Counted from the first letter of the stretch, positions 8,184 through 16,666 are shown. The stretch is 20,000 bases of DNA from an uncultured virus (IMG/VR IMGVR_UViG_3300040733_000035) (IMGVR_UViG_3300040733_000035), one strand, 5' to 3'. Numbers and translations: made by a program. Notes: generated from the sequence alone by a model not told the origin.

Positions 8184-8984
8184 ATGGAATTAACAGGAGA
8201 CATGTTAATAGCATTCGGTGAGGAAAATGGACTGACAATAATGAGCCACAGAGATCCAGATAAATGGGCAGAAATGATAAACGAGAGAGGAGGGATATGC
8301 CCATGTGGAAAAGAATGCCCATGTGACAACTGTGAATGCAAATTCTATGAAAAACAAGCAACAGAAGATGAAATGCCCGAAAAGAGTGATGAAATAATAA
8401 TAAAGAACGATGAAATAAAAGGAGCACTCGAAGCACTAGAAGAAGCAAAAGTAATGTTGATATCGATACCAACAGATGACGAAAATGAAGCACTAGACGA
8501 AATTAAAAAAGCGAGTGAAATAATAAAAACCGATGCAAATAACCACAAATGCAACAAATGCAAAGGAGCGATGGAAGGAATATCACGGAAGATAGATTTC
8601 CTCGGAGGAGAATGCAAACAAGACTCACTATCATGCATGCTAGAAAAAGAATCAACACTAAAACGAATAGAGCAAATGCAACAAATATTCATCGGAATAG
8701 ACAAGTCACTCGCAGATGACGAAATACCAGATGAGCAAGATAAACGAGATTCACAGTTAGATAGAATGAAAGAGAACGAAGAACGAGAGCAAACAGAAAA
8801 ACGGGATAGAATGATGCAGGGATTTCATGGATGTGTAAGCGGAAAAATAGAAAAAGGATTCAATAACGAAGACATGACAAGACAAGAAAAATTCTGTACA
8901 GCGACAAAACTATGCGCGAAGAATTCAACAATTTCCGAAAAAGACGCAATGGAGTCATGCATAAAGGGAGACAAAAAACAATGA
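8184..8984 (+). CDS. Cys-rich acidic protein, 266 aa, with N-terminal ferredoxin:thioredoxin reductase catalytic-subunit-like motif
   Basis: GGICPCGKECPCDNCECKFY resembles the CPC/CPC/CHC-x-LF signature of FTRc; further Cys clusters (CNKC; C-terminal C...FC...KLC...C); SD GGGGT. The ORF is secure; the FTR-like call is moderate. Confidence 0.75.
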   Translation: MELTGDMLIAFGEENGLTIMSHRDPDKWAEMINERGGICPCGKECPCDNCECKFYEKQATEDEMPEKSDEIIIKNDEIKGALEALEEAKVMLISIPTDDENEALDEIKKASEIIKTDANNHKCNKCKGAMEGISRKIDFLGGECKQDSLSCMLEKESTLKRIEQMQQIFIGIDKSLADDEIPDEQDKRDSQLDRMKENEEREQTEKRDRMMQGFHGCVSGKIEKGFNNEDMTRQEKFCTATKLCAKNSTISEKDAMESCIKGDKKQ

Positions 8985-9076
8985 TGGACATACAAACGAG
9001 AATGATATTAGAATTAAACGAACATGGACCAATGCCAATAAAAGACATCGCGATACATGTAAAGGGAGACAAAAAA
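8962..9076 (+). repeat. 17-bp direct repeat TAAAGGGAGACAAAAAA at 8962-8978 and 9060-9076
   Basis: Exact match read from the sequence; encodes KGDKK in both adjacent genes. Confidence 0.6.
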
Positions 9077-9319
9077 ACAAACAGACAGAAGTGTGAACAA
9101 CGATGCACTTACAATTTAGATAGCTTGGAAGGAGAAGGAATAGTAGAATCATTCACAGACGGTAGAAGAAAGATATACAAAATATCAGAAAACGTTGAAA
9201 TTCTGACAGGAAAACTTGTACTAAATGACGAAAATGGATACGTGAAATACGAAGAAGAAATAAAACATGTACTACGAATGAATGATGGACAAATACGAAT
9301 AAGCATATTAGAAGAATAA
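8981..9319 (+). CDS. Winged-helix (ArsR/MarR-like) transcriptional regulator, about 112 aa
   Basis: ILELNEHGPMPIKDIA...YNLDSLEGEGIVESFTDGRRKIYKI is a typical wHTH; ATGA overlap at 8981 with SD GGGAG. Confidence 0.8.
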   Translation: MMDIQTRMILELNEHGPMPIKDIAIHVKGDKKTNRQKCEQRCTYNLDSLEGEGIVESFTDGRRKIYKISENVEILTGKLVLNDENGYVKYEEEIKHVLRMNDGQIRISILEE

Positions 9320-9330
9320 TTCTCGGTACA

Positions 9331-9368
9331 TTCTTTTTTATACAACAACAAATAACAGGAATACGGTG
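9331..9368 (+). promoter_or_regulatory. T-tract terminator overlapping a TATA box (TTTTTTATA 9334-9342), plus SD GGTGA for the basic protein gene
   Basis: Motifs read directly between the 9319 stop and ATG 9376. Confidence 0.55.
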
Positions 9369-9375
9369 AAAAGAA

Positions 9376-9591
9376 ATGGCAAAAACTATTAAACCAAGCC
9401 AAATGGCAGATCCGTCTTTGCGAATTGGTATCAAGAAAGGTGGAATGGGACTGAGGTTCCTGCACGTAGGTAAAGGAAACCCAAAAGCAATAAAGGAACA
9501 GCAAGGAAAACTGGCATCCTGTGCAAGAGCTGCAAAGGGTCTGAAGGGACAAGCATTCAGAGATGAAGTAAAGAAGTGCGCAAAAAAATGA
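9376..9591 (+). CDS. Small, highly basic protein, 71 aa; candidate genome-condensing nucleoprotein
   Basis: 14 K + 4 R versus 4 D/E; own TATA and SD GGTGA; codon usage less A-skewed than neighbours; C-terminal Cys pair. Confidence 0.8.
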   Translation: MAKTIKPSQMADPSLRIGIKKGGMGLRFLHVGKGNPKAIKEQQGKLASCARAAKGLKGQAFRDEVKKCAKK

Positions 9592-9598
9592 AAACACC

Positions 9599-9618
9599 CG
9601 CCTCGCTTAAGCGAGGCG
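9599..9618. terminator. Perfect 20-bp GC-rich palindrome CGCCTCGCTTAAGCGAGGCG between convergent genes; probable terminator hairpin
   Basis: Self-reverse-complementary; followed on the - strand by GGTGTTTTCATTTTTTT; contains the TAA stop of the nuclease gene. Confidence 0.6.
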
Positions 9619-10827
9619 AGGTATAATCACGACTCTTTTTATCTTACCAATTTCAGGGACAACGACTTCTTCTTCAGGAAGATAACCACCATCAATAACA
9701 ACCCCTATCGTAGAAGAAACACCGACCGGGAGATCAACAGATAGAGGAGCAAGCCCAACAACAGATCCATCTATAGATATAATAGACCTGACACCAATTG
9801 GAGCAACTTCAATACTGACAGTACCCAACGACACGGGAAGCTTCTGCAGGATATAAGCAGGCAATTGACGTTTTGTAGACGTTATCTCAATCTCATCTCT
9901 GATAGATGAACAACCAGGAGCAGATATAGAAATGAAATACTTACCAACCGGCAATTCGATCTCACAAGGAGTAACACCATCATAAAGGCTGATAGAATCA
10001 TCGATTTTGCCTATACGAACCACTGCATGAGTAGGAGATGAAATAATCTTGACGACGCCGATCTGAGGCCAGCTAATAAGGCACTTCTTAGCCGCCTGCT
10101 TGAACTCAACAGGATCGACAAAGTGATTCTTACCAAATTTGAGATTAGGCTCAGTAAAGCACCGCTCAAGTGACCACAGGGCAAAATTAACACCATCGAG
10201 ATCATAGACAGTGCCAAGAACACGACCATATAAATCATTTGGTGAATGTCTATCATAATACACAATAACATCCTTACCAAGCCAATGAGGGGAAGTTTCA
10301 GCAGCGACCATCTCGCCACGGTCTGTACCGCCTTCCGGAGTATCTATGCCAGCAATACGGACCTGATGCTTGAGGGAAACGCCACCATCAAATGTCGGAG
10401 ACTGCTCGACAATAAGAGTGTCACCATCAGGAACAGCGACAACGGTACCAGCAAAACTACGACCAACATCAGTATCATTTTCAGAACCAATAAGCACAGG
10501 GCCCGTAAGAGACGGAACTATTATGGTATCTTCAAGATAATCAAGCTGCATTTGGATATTATCAATTTTGTATGCATAATATTCTGGCTCTTTATCATAT
10601 AAAGAAGACCGGTTATCCTTTATGAAAGTTTTGAAAATATCAAAATCCTTAGCCAACGCCAATAAATCCTGTCGGGCAGCGACATACAACGCAGATGGAT
10701 CAGTGCGGTATTGTTCACTCTCCTTTGCCTGCTTCTGAATCTTGAGAACACCATCTATACCGCGCAAAAGATCCTGCAATCTCTGTCGGGCCTCGGCAAC
10801 AACAGATGTACTATACCCAGTAGTCAT
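9607..10827 (-). CDS. Thermonuclease (staphylococcal nuclease family) fused to an N-terminal helical domain and two C-terminal PEGA-like domains, 406 aa
   Basis: VVAVPDGDT, VRIAGIDTPE and DLYGRVLG are the SNase catalytic motifs. GVVKIISSPTHA...GVTP..IELPVGKY.ISISAPG and GTVSIE...ISIDGSVVGLAPLSVDLPVG...GY are PEGA-like. Confidence 0.9.
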   Translation of the reverse strand: MTTGYSTSVVAEARQRLQDLLRGIDGVLKIQKQAKESEQYRTDPSALYVAARQDLLALAKDFDIFKTFIKDNRSSLYDKEPEYYAYKIDNIQMQLDYLEDTIIVPSLTGPVLIGSENDTDVGRSFAGTVVAVPDGDTLIVEQSPTFDGGVSLKHQVRIAGIDTPEGGTDRGEMVAAETSPHWLGKDVIVYYDRHSPNDLYGRVLGTVYDLDGVNFALWSLERCFTEPNLKFGKNHFVDPVEFKQAAKKCLISWPQIGVVKIISSPTHAVVRIGKIDDSISLYDGVTPCEIELPVGKYFISISAPGCSSIRDEIEITSTKRQLPAYILQKLPVSLGTVSIEVAPIGVRSIISIDGSVVGLAPLSVDLPVGVSSTIGVVIDGGYLPEEEVVVPEIGKIKRVVIIPRLA

Positions 10828-10866
10828 AGAGAATTATTTATGCAGATAAGGTATATAGGATTTAGC
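10828..10866. promoter_or_regulatory. Overlapping divergent promoters (TATATA 10857-10852 for the - gene; TTATTTA 10834-10840 for the + operon)
   Basis: Each TATA lies about 25 nt from the ATG on its strand (10827 and 10867). Confidence 0.5.
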
Positions 10867-10965
10867 ATGGACATGAGCAGTAAGATATTGGACGAAATAA
10901 GGAAAGCAATCAAAGAAATCAATGAAAAAGCAAACGAAGTAATGAAGAAACAGGAGAAAAAATAA
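10867..10965 (+). CDS. Putative 30-32 aa coiled-coil micropeptide (MDMSSKILDEIRKAIKEINEKANEVMKKQEKK)
   Basis: Heptad periodicity, + strand codon style, TAATG coupling to the giant gene, TATA at the expected distance. Confidence 0.5.
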   Translation: MDMSSKILDEIRKAIKEINEKANEVMKKQEKK

Positions 10966-13900
10966 TGGCGACAAATCCATTTGGAAAAACTGTATACAAT
11001 GAACCAACCCAAACAATAACATTCAAGAACACATTTAACACGAATGCACCGAGGTTTGTTGGGCTGGATGTAAACTATGGAAAAACACAAACTTACAACA
11101 ACACATACAACACGATAAAACTATCAAACGAAGCAATTGAAGCGGCACAACGACAACTGGAAACAACGAAAGCTGAAATGATAAAGAACGTAACAAAATC
11201 ACTAGAATACCTGAAAACAACGTATGACATTAATATAAAGCCAATCAGCATAAAAACAATTGAAATACAAAACAACACGATAGAAAACGCGAGAAATGAA
11301 ACAGACTTGATAATACAAGAGGCGATACAAAAAATACAAACAATATCAACCGAGGAACTAATAAAAGCAAACACAACGTCAGTAATAACAGAAATAAAAA
11401 ATGCTGCAATGCGAAGCCTAGAAGCATTACAAACAATGAAAAATATATCGATGGAAGATATAAAGAAAGTACAAAACGCAGTGATTGGAGAGATAATATA
11501 CAAGTTTGCAGGAAATGATGCAGAAACAACATTGCTCAGTGTAAAAGATATAAACAATACTAAAATACTAAAAGAATGGCTAATCGAGAATAACAAAATA
11601 ACAGAACAAGAACTACAGACAGTAGACGCGATAGATATCAAAAACACAGTGACAAAAAACAGCGAAATGGTATTTATAATGGACGATATCAAAAAAGACG
11701 CGAAAATGTTGAAATGGTTAGAGGACAGAGGATACATAACTGATGTTGAATTAATTAGCGGAAAATTGGTAACAAAGAAAACTGTAGACGGAAAAACGGC
11801 GTTCGAATCAATAATGGAATACAATAAAGAAAACAAAACAACATACGAACCAAAACAGATACTAGCAGAAGCGCCTGTGGGATGGGACACGCCGGTAACA
11901 AAGAAACAGACAACATGGAGACAAACAGAAAACAAAACAATAAAATTCGACGAACCTATACAATTGAAAGACTCTCAGATAAAGACAACACAACCAACAC
12001 AGGATAAAGACGGAAAATTCATAGTGGAAACAATAGACACAAATGGAAAGCTACTGAGAGAAAAATACGCAACGGAATCAGATGCAAGAGCACGAATGAA
12101 TTACCTGATAGAAAACAACCAAGAAATAACAAAAACACTGAAAGAAATTGTGCCTGAAAAAACATCAGTGCAATCGTATGCAATACTAAAGAGATATAAC
12201 CAGGACGGAGAAAAAATAAGCGATGACATACGTATAGGAGCAAGAGGAGCAACAGTAGAGGAGACGGAAAGACAATTGAAATATGAGATAGAAAGACAAC
12301 AACAACTAGACGAACGAAAAGGAATAACAATAAAATCATACGAAATCCAGAACCACGACAGCGGAAAGACAAAAGAGATAACCATATTATCAATTGGAGG
12401 AACTGAAACAAAAATGCATGTGACAGAAAAAATAATACCAGAAGTAAAACAATCAATGACGGGAGCAGGAGAATTGCTATACACTGAGCAAAAACAAAAA
12501 GAAATGGAAGAAAACAAAAAATTACAAGAAGCATTAAATTCAATAAATGCGAGCTTAATGCCAAATGGAAAAGGAATTTCAATTTCGGCACAATCACTCC
12601 AATTAGGAAACGTGCAAATAGAAAATGGAAAAATATCAGTAAACGGAAAAGAATATTACACAAAAACAATACCAAAATCATACGAAGTGACAGACTGGAC
12701 AAAAACAATGAAAAATATGGAATCAAATGCACCAGATTTACTAAAACCAGTCGCATCTACAATATATTCACTGTTCGCAGGAACTACTCAGAAATTATCA
12801 AACAATGGATTAGTAAAAGAGACATACACACAAGGAGAATATACAAACGATTGGTCGTTATTCAAAGTAATGTCATTCTGGGGAAGAGAATTGCAATCTG
12901 GAACGGCTGCAGTATTATATGGAAACAAAACAATAGACGCCGATACCGCCTGGACTGGAAATTACAACGTGGAAATAACAACAAAAGGACAACAATTCAT
13001 AGATAATGTCGGAATGAACTGGGCAAACAACGGAAAAGTAACGAATTCGATAGGACTATCAGATAAAGAAGCAAAAATAAGTGTACTGGAATACGCAAGC
13101 CCGAACGTTTTAAACAACATACAGCAAAAACAATCAAAAGATCTGGCAATCATGGCATACAACCCAACAACAAAAACAGCATTAATAGACGCATACGGAT
13201 CAACGACAGTGAATAACATAATAAATTCAAACAAACTAACACAACGGGATATAGAAAATGTAAACACAGACGTTGTATTAACCGTGTGGAATGCAATTAC
13301 AGACCAACGAATAACAGGAACACCACTAGACCCATTTATAACGATACTAGGAGGAGGCATTTTAGGTATAGAGGGAAATGTTATTGGAAAGGTAGGAAAA
13401 GTAACTGCAAAAGTAGGGGCAGTTAAAGACTTCGCAACATTCATCAAAGAAGCAAAAATAGTAGTGCCAACGACAACGGGAATAACAACGATAACAGATG
13501 TAATATCAAACACTGCACTTGGTTCATTGAAGATAGCACCGACTGCAATAATACCAAACAGCGGTGTAATAGCAAAAGACATCATATCACCAAAGACAAT
13601 ATCAGAAGCAACGAAATTAAAAACAGAAATAACAGAACTGAGAAAATCACTGGACAAAGGAATAACAAACACACAGAATTCAGAAGAATTTGTGACAAAA
13701 CTACTAAACACAGACACAAACACGGCGAGGGCAGCACTAACAGAATTCATAGCAACTACACCAAACGATGTGTATGGAGTAATAAGCAAGGGAACATACA
13801 ACATATTGCCAGAAAATGCACTGAGAGCACAAAATTTGCTAGAATCAGCAAACACTGAATACAAAGCACTATCAAATGCAGTAATAGAGAATATAGTAAT

Positions 13901-16661
13901 AAAATCAAACGGGAACACAGTAGAAGCTGCAAAACTACTACAACAAAAGAGCAATGAACTGGGAAAAGACACAGTAAACTACATGATAAACACAGCACAA
14001 CACGAGGGAACAAAATATTACAACGAAATAACAAACGCAGTGAATGAGTGGGAAAAATTAGAAAATGCAGGAAAAATAACAATAGCAACACAACAACCGC
14101 CGAACGGAACACAAATAACAAGTGTATTCTCGACAGCAGAAACAAGTAAGATAGAAAATGAAATCGGAACACTTGAAAACTTGAGAAGCTTATCAGCAAG
14201 CGATAAAAAAATATTATCGGATAAAACAGGAATACCAATAAACAGAATAACATACCACCAAAAACGAGCAGAAACTTATTTGGCATCATTTAAACCAAAA
14301 GAACAGACTGGGTGGATATCCGGTAACGTGGAAGTAGACAGATTAACAGACATTGTAAACGCAGCAGAACGAAATACAATAGACGTAATAAGAGACACAA
14401 CGAAACTATCGAGGAATGGAATAGAAACACTAAAAGATGTGGCAAGCATAAAACCGAATGAAATAACACTGATTGCAAAGAAAACCGGAATAGATGAAAC
14501 TGCACTAAAATTGTACAGAGAAGAAGCTTCAAATGCTATAATGTGGAAAGAAAACGAAGAAACACTAAAAGATATGGGATGGAAAATAGAATCTCCAACA
14601 AAGAAAGGAGAAGACACATTCGAAGAGACGATACTACCAGAAACAGACGAGATAATTGTCTCAGATGAACTGAAGTTGCTCGGAATTGAAAGTGATGGAA
14701 TAGGTGGATGGAAGATAACAGATGCTAACATAAAAGAAATGAGCAACAAAGAATTTAATAGATTGATATACAGGGATCGAGACAAATTTGCACCAGTAAT
14801 CGGAAAGATAACAAAAGAAGACATAAACAAACTAGACATAACAAGAACACAAAAAGACAGACTGATAAGTGCACTTACAACGAAAAAAACAAACATAGCA
14901 GATACAACAAAGATAACAGAAATGAAAAGAAGACTGGAAAACGAGACAAACGTACTAGCAGATCTAATGGACGAATATGCACAAAAAAGCAAACAAAAAG
15001 GAAATACAAGTGAACTTGAAAAATTATCAAGAGAAATAAACAAACAACGGGAAGTAGTAAGGGCATTCGACACTGAAATAGGAATACAAAGTGACATACT
15101 ACGAGAGATGTCAACAAAAATGAAACCATCGGCACAAGAAATGAAAATAATTGAAAGACACGCAGAAAACATGAAAAACGAAGTAAAAAGGCAAAACGAA
15201 CTGATTGAAAGAGTGAAAAACATGCCTGGAAACAGGAAACCAAGTGAAGCAGCAAAGAACACACTAGACGAAATAAGAAAAGGAAACTTCGAAGAAGCAG
15301 CGAATAAATTAAAAGAATCAAATACGCACAGTAAAACAACGTTACTACCGAATGATGCAAATGCATACAAAGATGTAAGCATTGCAAAAATAAGAAGACT
15401 GGAAGAATACGGAGCACCACAGAAATTGGTAGACCAGTTGGTAGTAGAAAGATCAAATCATGCTCTAAAAGAACTAGCAACAAAACCAGGAATGAAAAGA
15501 ACAGAATATATGATACGCAATGGGGAAATATCAGAACTAAGTGACGAAGAAATACTGACATTGTGGAAAAATGAAAGACAACTTGGATTGGATGCAACTG
15601 AAGATGTGTACGGAAAAGAACCAAACGGATTATTAAAAAGATTAACAGACGACGCAATAAAATCAGGCGATAAATCGAGGATGGAAAAGCTAGCAGAAGA
15701 AATGAGAAAAGAAAAAGCAGACTGTGTGCTAAGAGGAGAATGCGGGATAGGATCAACTGGATCAAGCACAATGAAAACCATGGGAGCAGGACTACTAGTC
15801 GCCGGAGCAATGACAACAACGATAACAATGGCAGACGGAACGACATGGTTGTACGACGCTGATAAGAACATGTACATGGAAATAGAACCAACAGCAGCAG
15901 CAATACGCAATATGGGAGCAACAACACCAGAAAATAAAAATTACGCACTGAGAAGCAGCGAACTTGGACCAGAAAGCGTAAACAAAGAAATTGTAAGGGC
16001 ATTCGATATATACATGAAAAGTGGATTACCAGGAAAACAGTACACAGAAGGAAACGTGAAAGGAATACAAGGAACAAAAATAGACACAGGGGAACGGATA
16101 TGTCAGAATTTCGCAATTGAAGCGGCCAATTACATAAATAACAACCAAGAACTATCAAAAATGGGGATAAAAGCAAACGTTATTGGCGTAATTGGAACAG
16201 ATGTAAACGGAAAAGCGGTGAGTCATGTATTGGTATCAATTGAAAACATGAACAAACCAGTCGGATCATACACAAATCCAGTAACGGGAAAAACCGAAAC
16301 ATTATACGAGAAAACACTATTAGAACCACAGACGGGGCAAACGGGGGAAACTGGAACGGATTTCACCGGAACAAAGATGATGCTAGGTGATAGTGAATAT
16401 AAAATAGAATACACACAAGCAATGAGAAACGCAGAACAATCGATAATATACGGACCGAAAAATGAGAAAGCTGGAATAACACAAGCACCAACGAGGGGAA
16501 CAGACATGTTGATACACACAGCAGAATCAATGCCACAAGTTGACAAGACAATAGAAATCGACAGACTGGCAGGAGCGAACGAAACATATCTAGAAAGTGA
16601 AAAAATAAACCCATTTGTAACAATTGACGTAAACACACCAGTAAAGAGAATAAACGGGTGA
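10965..16661 (+). CDS. Giant multidomain protein, 1898 aa: coiled coils, two hydrophobic segments, two HhH-like repeats, C-terminal transglutaminase/papain-like Cys-His-Glu domain
   Basis: Uninterrupted ORF; SD AGGAG; ICQNFA (Cys1713)...GIKANVIGV...SHVLV (His1754)...LLEPQTG (Glu1787); GIETLKDVASIKPNEITLIAKKTGID is HhH-like. Confidence 0.9.
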   Translation: MATNPFGKTVYNEPTQTITFKNTFNTNAPRFVGLDVNYGKTQTYNNTYNTIKLSNEAIEAAQRQLETTKAEMIKNVTKSLEYLKTTYDINIKPISIKTIEIQNNTIENARNETDLIIQEAIQKIQTISTEELIKANTTSVITEIKNAAMRSLEALQTMKNISMEDIKKVQNAVIGEIIYKFAGNDAETTLLSVKDINNTKILKEWLIENNKITEQELQTVDAIDIKNTVTKNSEMVFIMDDIKKDAKMLKWLEDRGYITDVELISGKLVTKKTVDGKTAFESIMEYNKENKTTYEPKQILAEAPVGWDTPVTKKQTTWRQTENKTIKFDEPIQLKDSQIKTTQPTQDKDGKFIVETIDTNGKLLREKYATESDARARMNYLIENNQEITKTLKEIVPEKTSVQSYAILKRYNQDGEKISDDIRIGARGATVEETERQLKYEIERQQQLDERKGITIKSYEIQNHDSGKTKEITILSIGGTETKMHVTEKIIPEVKQSMTGAGELLYTEQKQKEMEENKKLQEALNSINASLMPNGKGISISAQSLQLGNVQIENGKISVNGKEYYTKTIPKSYEVTDWTKTMKNMESNAPDLLKPVASTIYSLFAGTTQKLSNNGLVKETYTQGEYTNDWSLFKVMSFWGRELQSGTAAVLYGNKTIDADTAWTGNYNVEITTKGQQFIDNVGMNWANNGKVTNSIGLSDKEAKISVLEYASPNVLNNIQQKQSKDLAIMAYNPTTKTALIDAYGSTTVNNIINSNKLTQRDIENVNTDVVLTVWNAITDQRITGTPLDPFITILGGGILGIEGNVIGKVGKVTAKVGAVKDFATFIKEAKIVVPTTTGITTITDVISNTALGSLKIAPTAIIPNSGVIAKDIISPKTISEATKLKTEITELRKSLDKGITNTQNSEEFVTKLLNTDTNTARAALTEFIATTPNDVYGVISKGTYNILPENALRAQNLLESANTEYKALSNAVIENIVIKSNGNTVEAAKLLQQKSNELGKDTVNYMINTAQHEGTKYYNEITNAVNEWEKLENAGKITIATQQPPNGTQITSVFSTAETSKIENEIGTLENLRSLSASDKKILSDKTGIPINRITYHQKRAETYLASFKPKEQTGWISGNVEVDRLTDIVNAAERNTIDVIRDTTKLSRNGIETLKDVASIKPNEITLIAKKTGIDETALKLYREEASNAIMWKENEETLKDMGWKIESPTKKGEDTFEETILPETDEIIVSDELKLLGIESDGIGGWKITDANIKEMSNKEFNRLIYRDRDKFAPVIGKITKEDINKLDITRTQKDRLISALTTKKTNIADTTKITEMKRRLENETNVLADLMDEYAQKSKQKGNTSELEKLSREINKQREVVRAFDTEIGIQSDILREMSTKMKPSAQEMKIIERHAENMKNEVKRQNELIERVKNMPGNRKPSEAAKNTLDEIRKGNFEEAANKLKESNTHSKTTLLPNDANAYKDVSIAKIRRLEEYGAPQKLVDQLVVERSNHALKELATKPGMKRTEYMIRNGEISELSDEEILTLWKNERQLGLDATEDVYGKEPNGLLKRLTDDAIKSGDKSRMEKLAEEMRKEKADCVLRGECGIGSTGSSTMKTMGAGLLVAGAMTTTITMADGTTWLYDADKNMYMEIEPTAAAIRNMGATTPENKNYALRSSELGPESVNKEIVRAFDIYMKSGLPGKQYTEGNVKGIQGTKIDTGERICQNFAIEAANYINNNQELSKMGIKANVIGVIGTDVNGKAVSHVLVSIENMNKPVGSYTNPVTGKTETLYEKTLLEPQTGQTGETGTDFTGTKMMLGDSEYKIEYTQAMRNAEQSIIYGPKNEKAGITQAPTRGTDMLIHTAESMPQVDKTIEIDRLAGANETYLESEKINPFVTIDVNTPVKRING

Positions 16662-16666
16662 TAAAA

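Noticed and set aside
7314..9597. Minus-strand ORFs (276, 144, 162 aa etc.) that look like membrane proteins
   Set aside because: Apparent hydrophobicity is an artefact of the T-rich strand; they lie antisense to well-supported coupled + genes.
10965..16661. Tape-measure protein or virion RNA polymerase call for the giant ORF
   Set aside because: No periodic aromatic repeats, no neighbouring tail genes, and no DxDGD-type polymerase motif seen.
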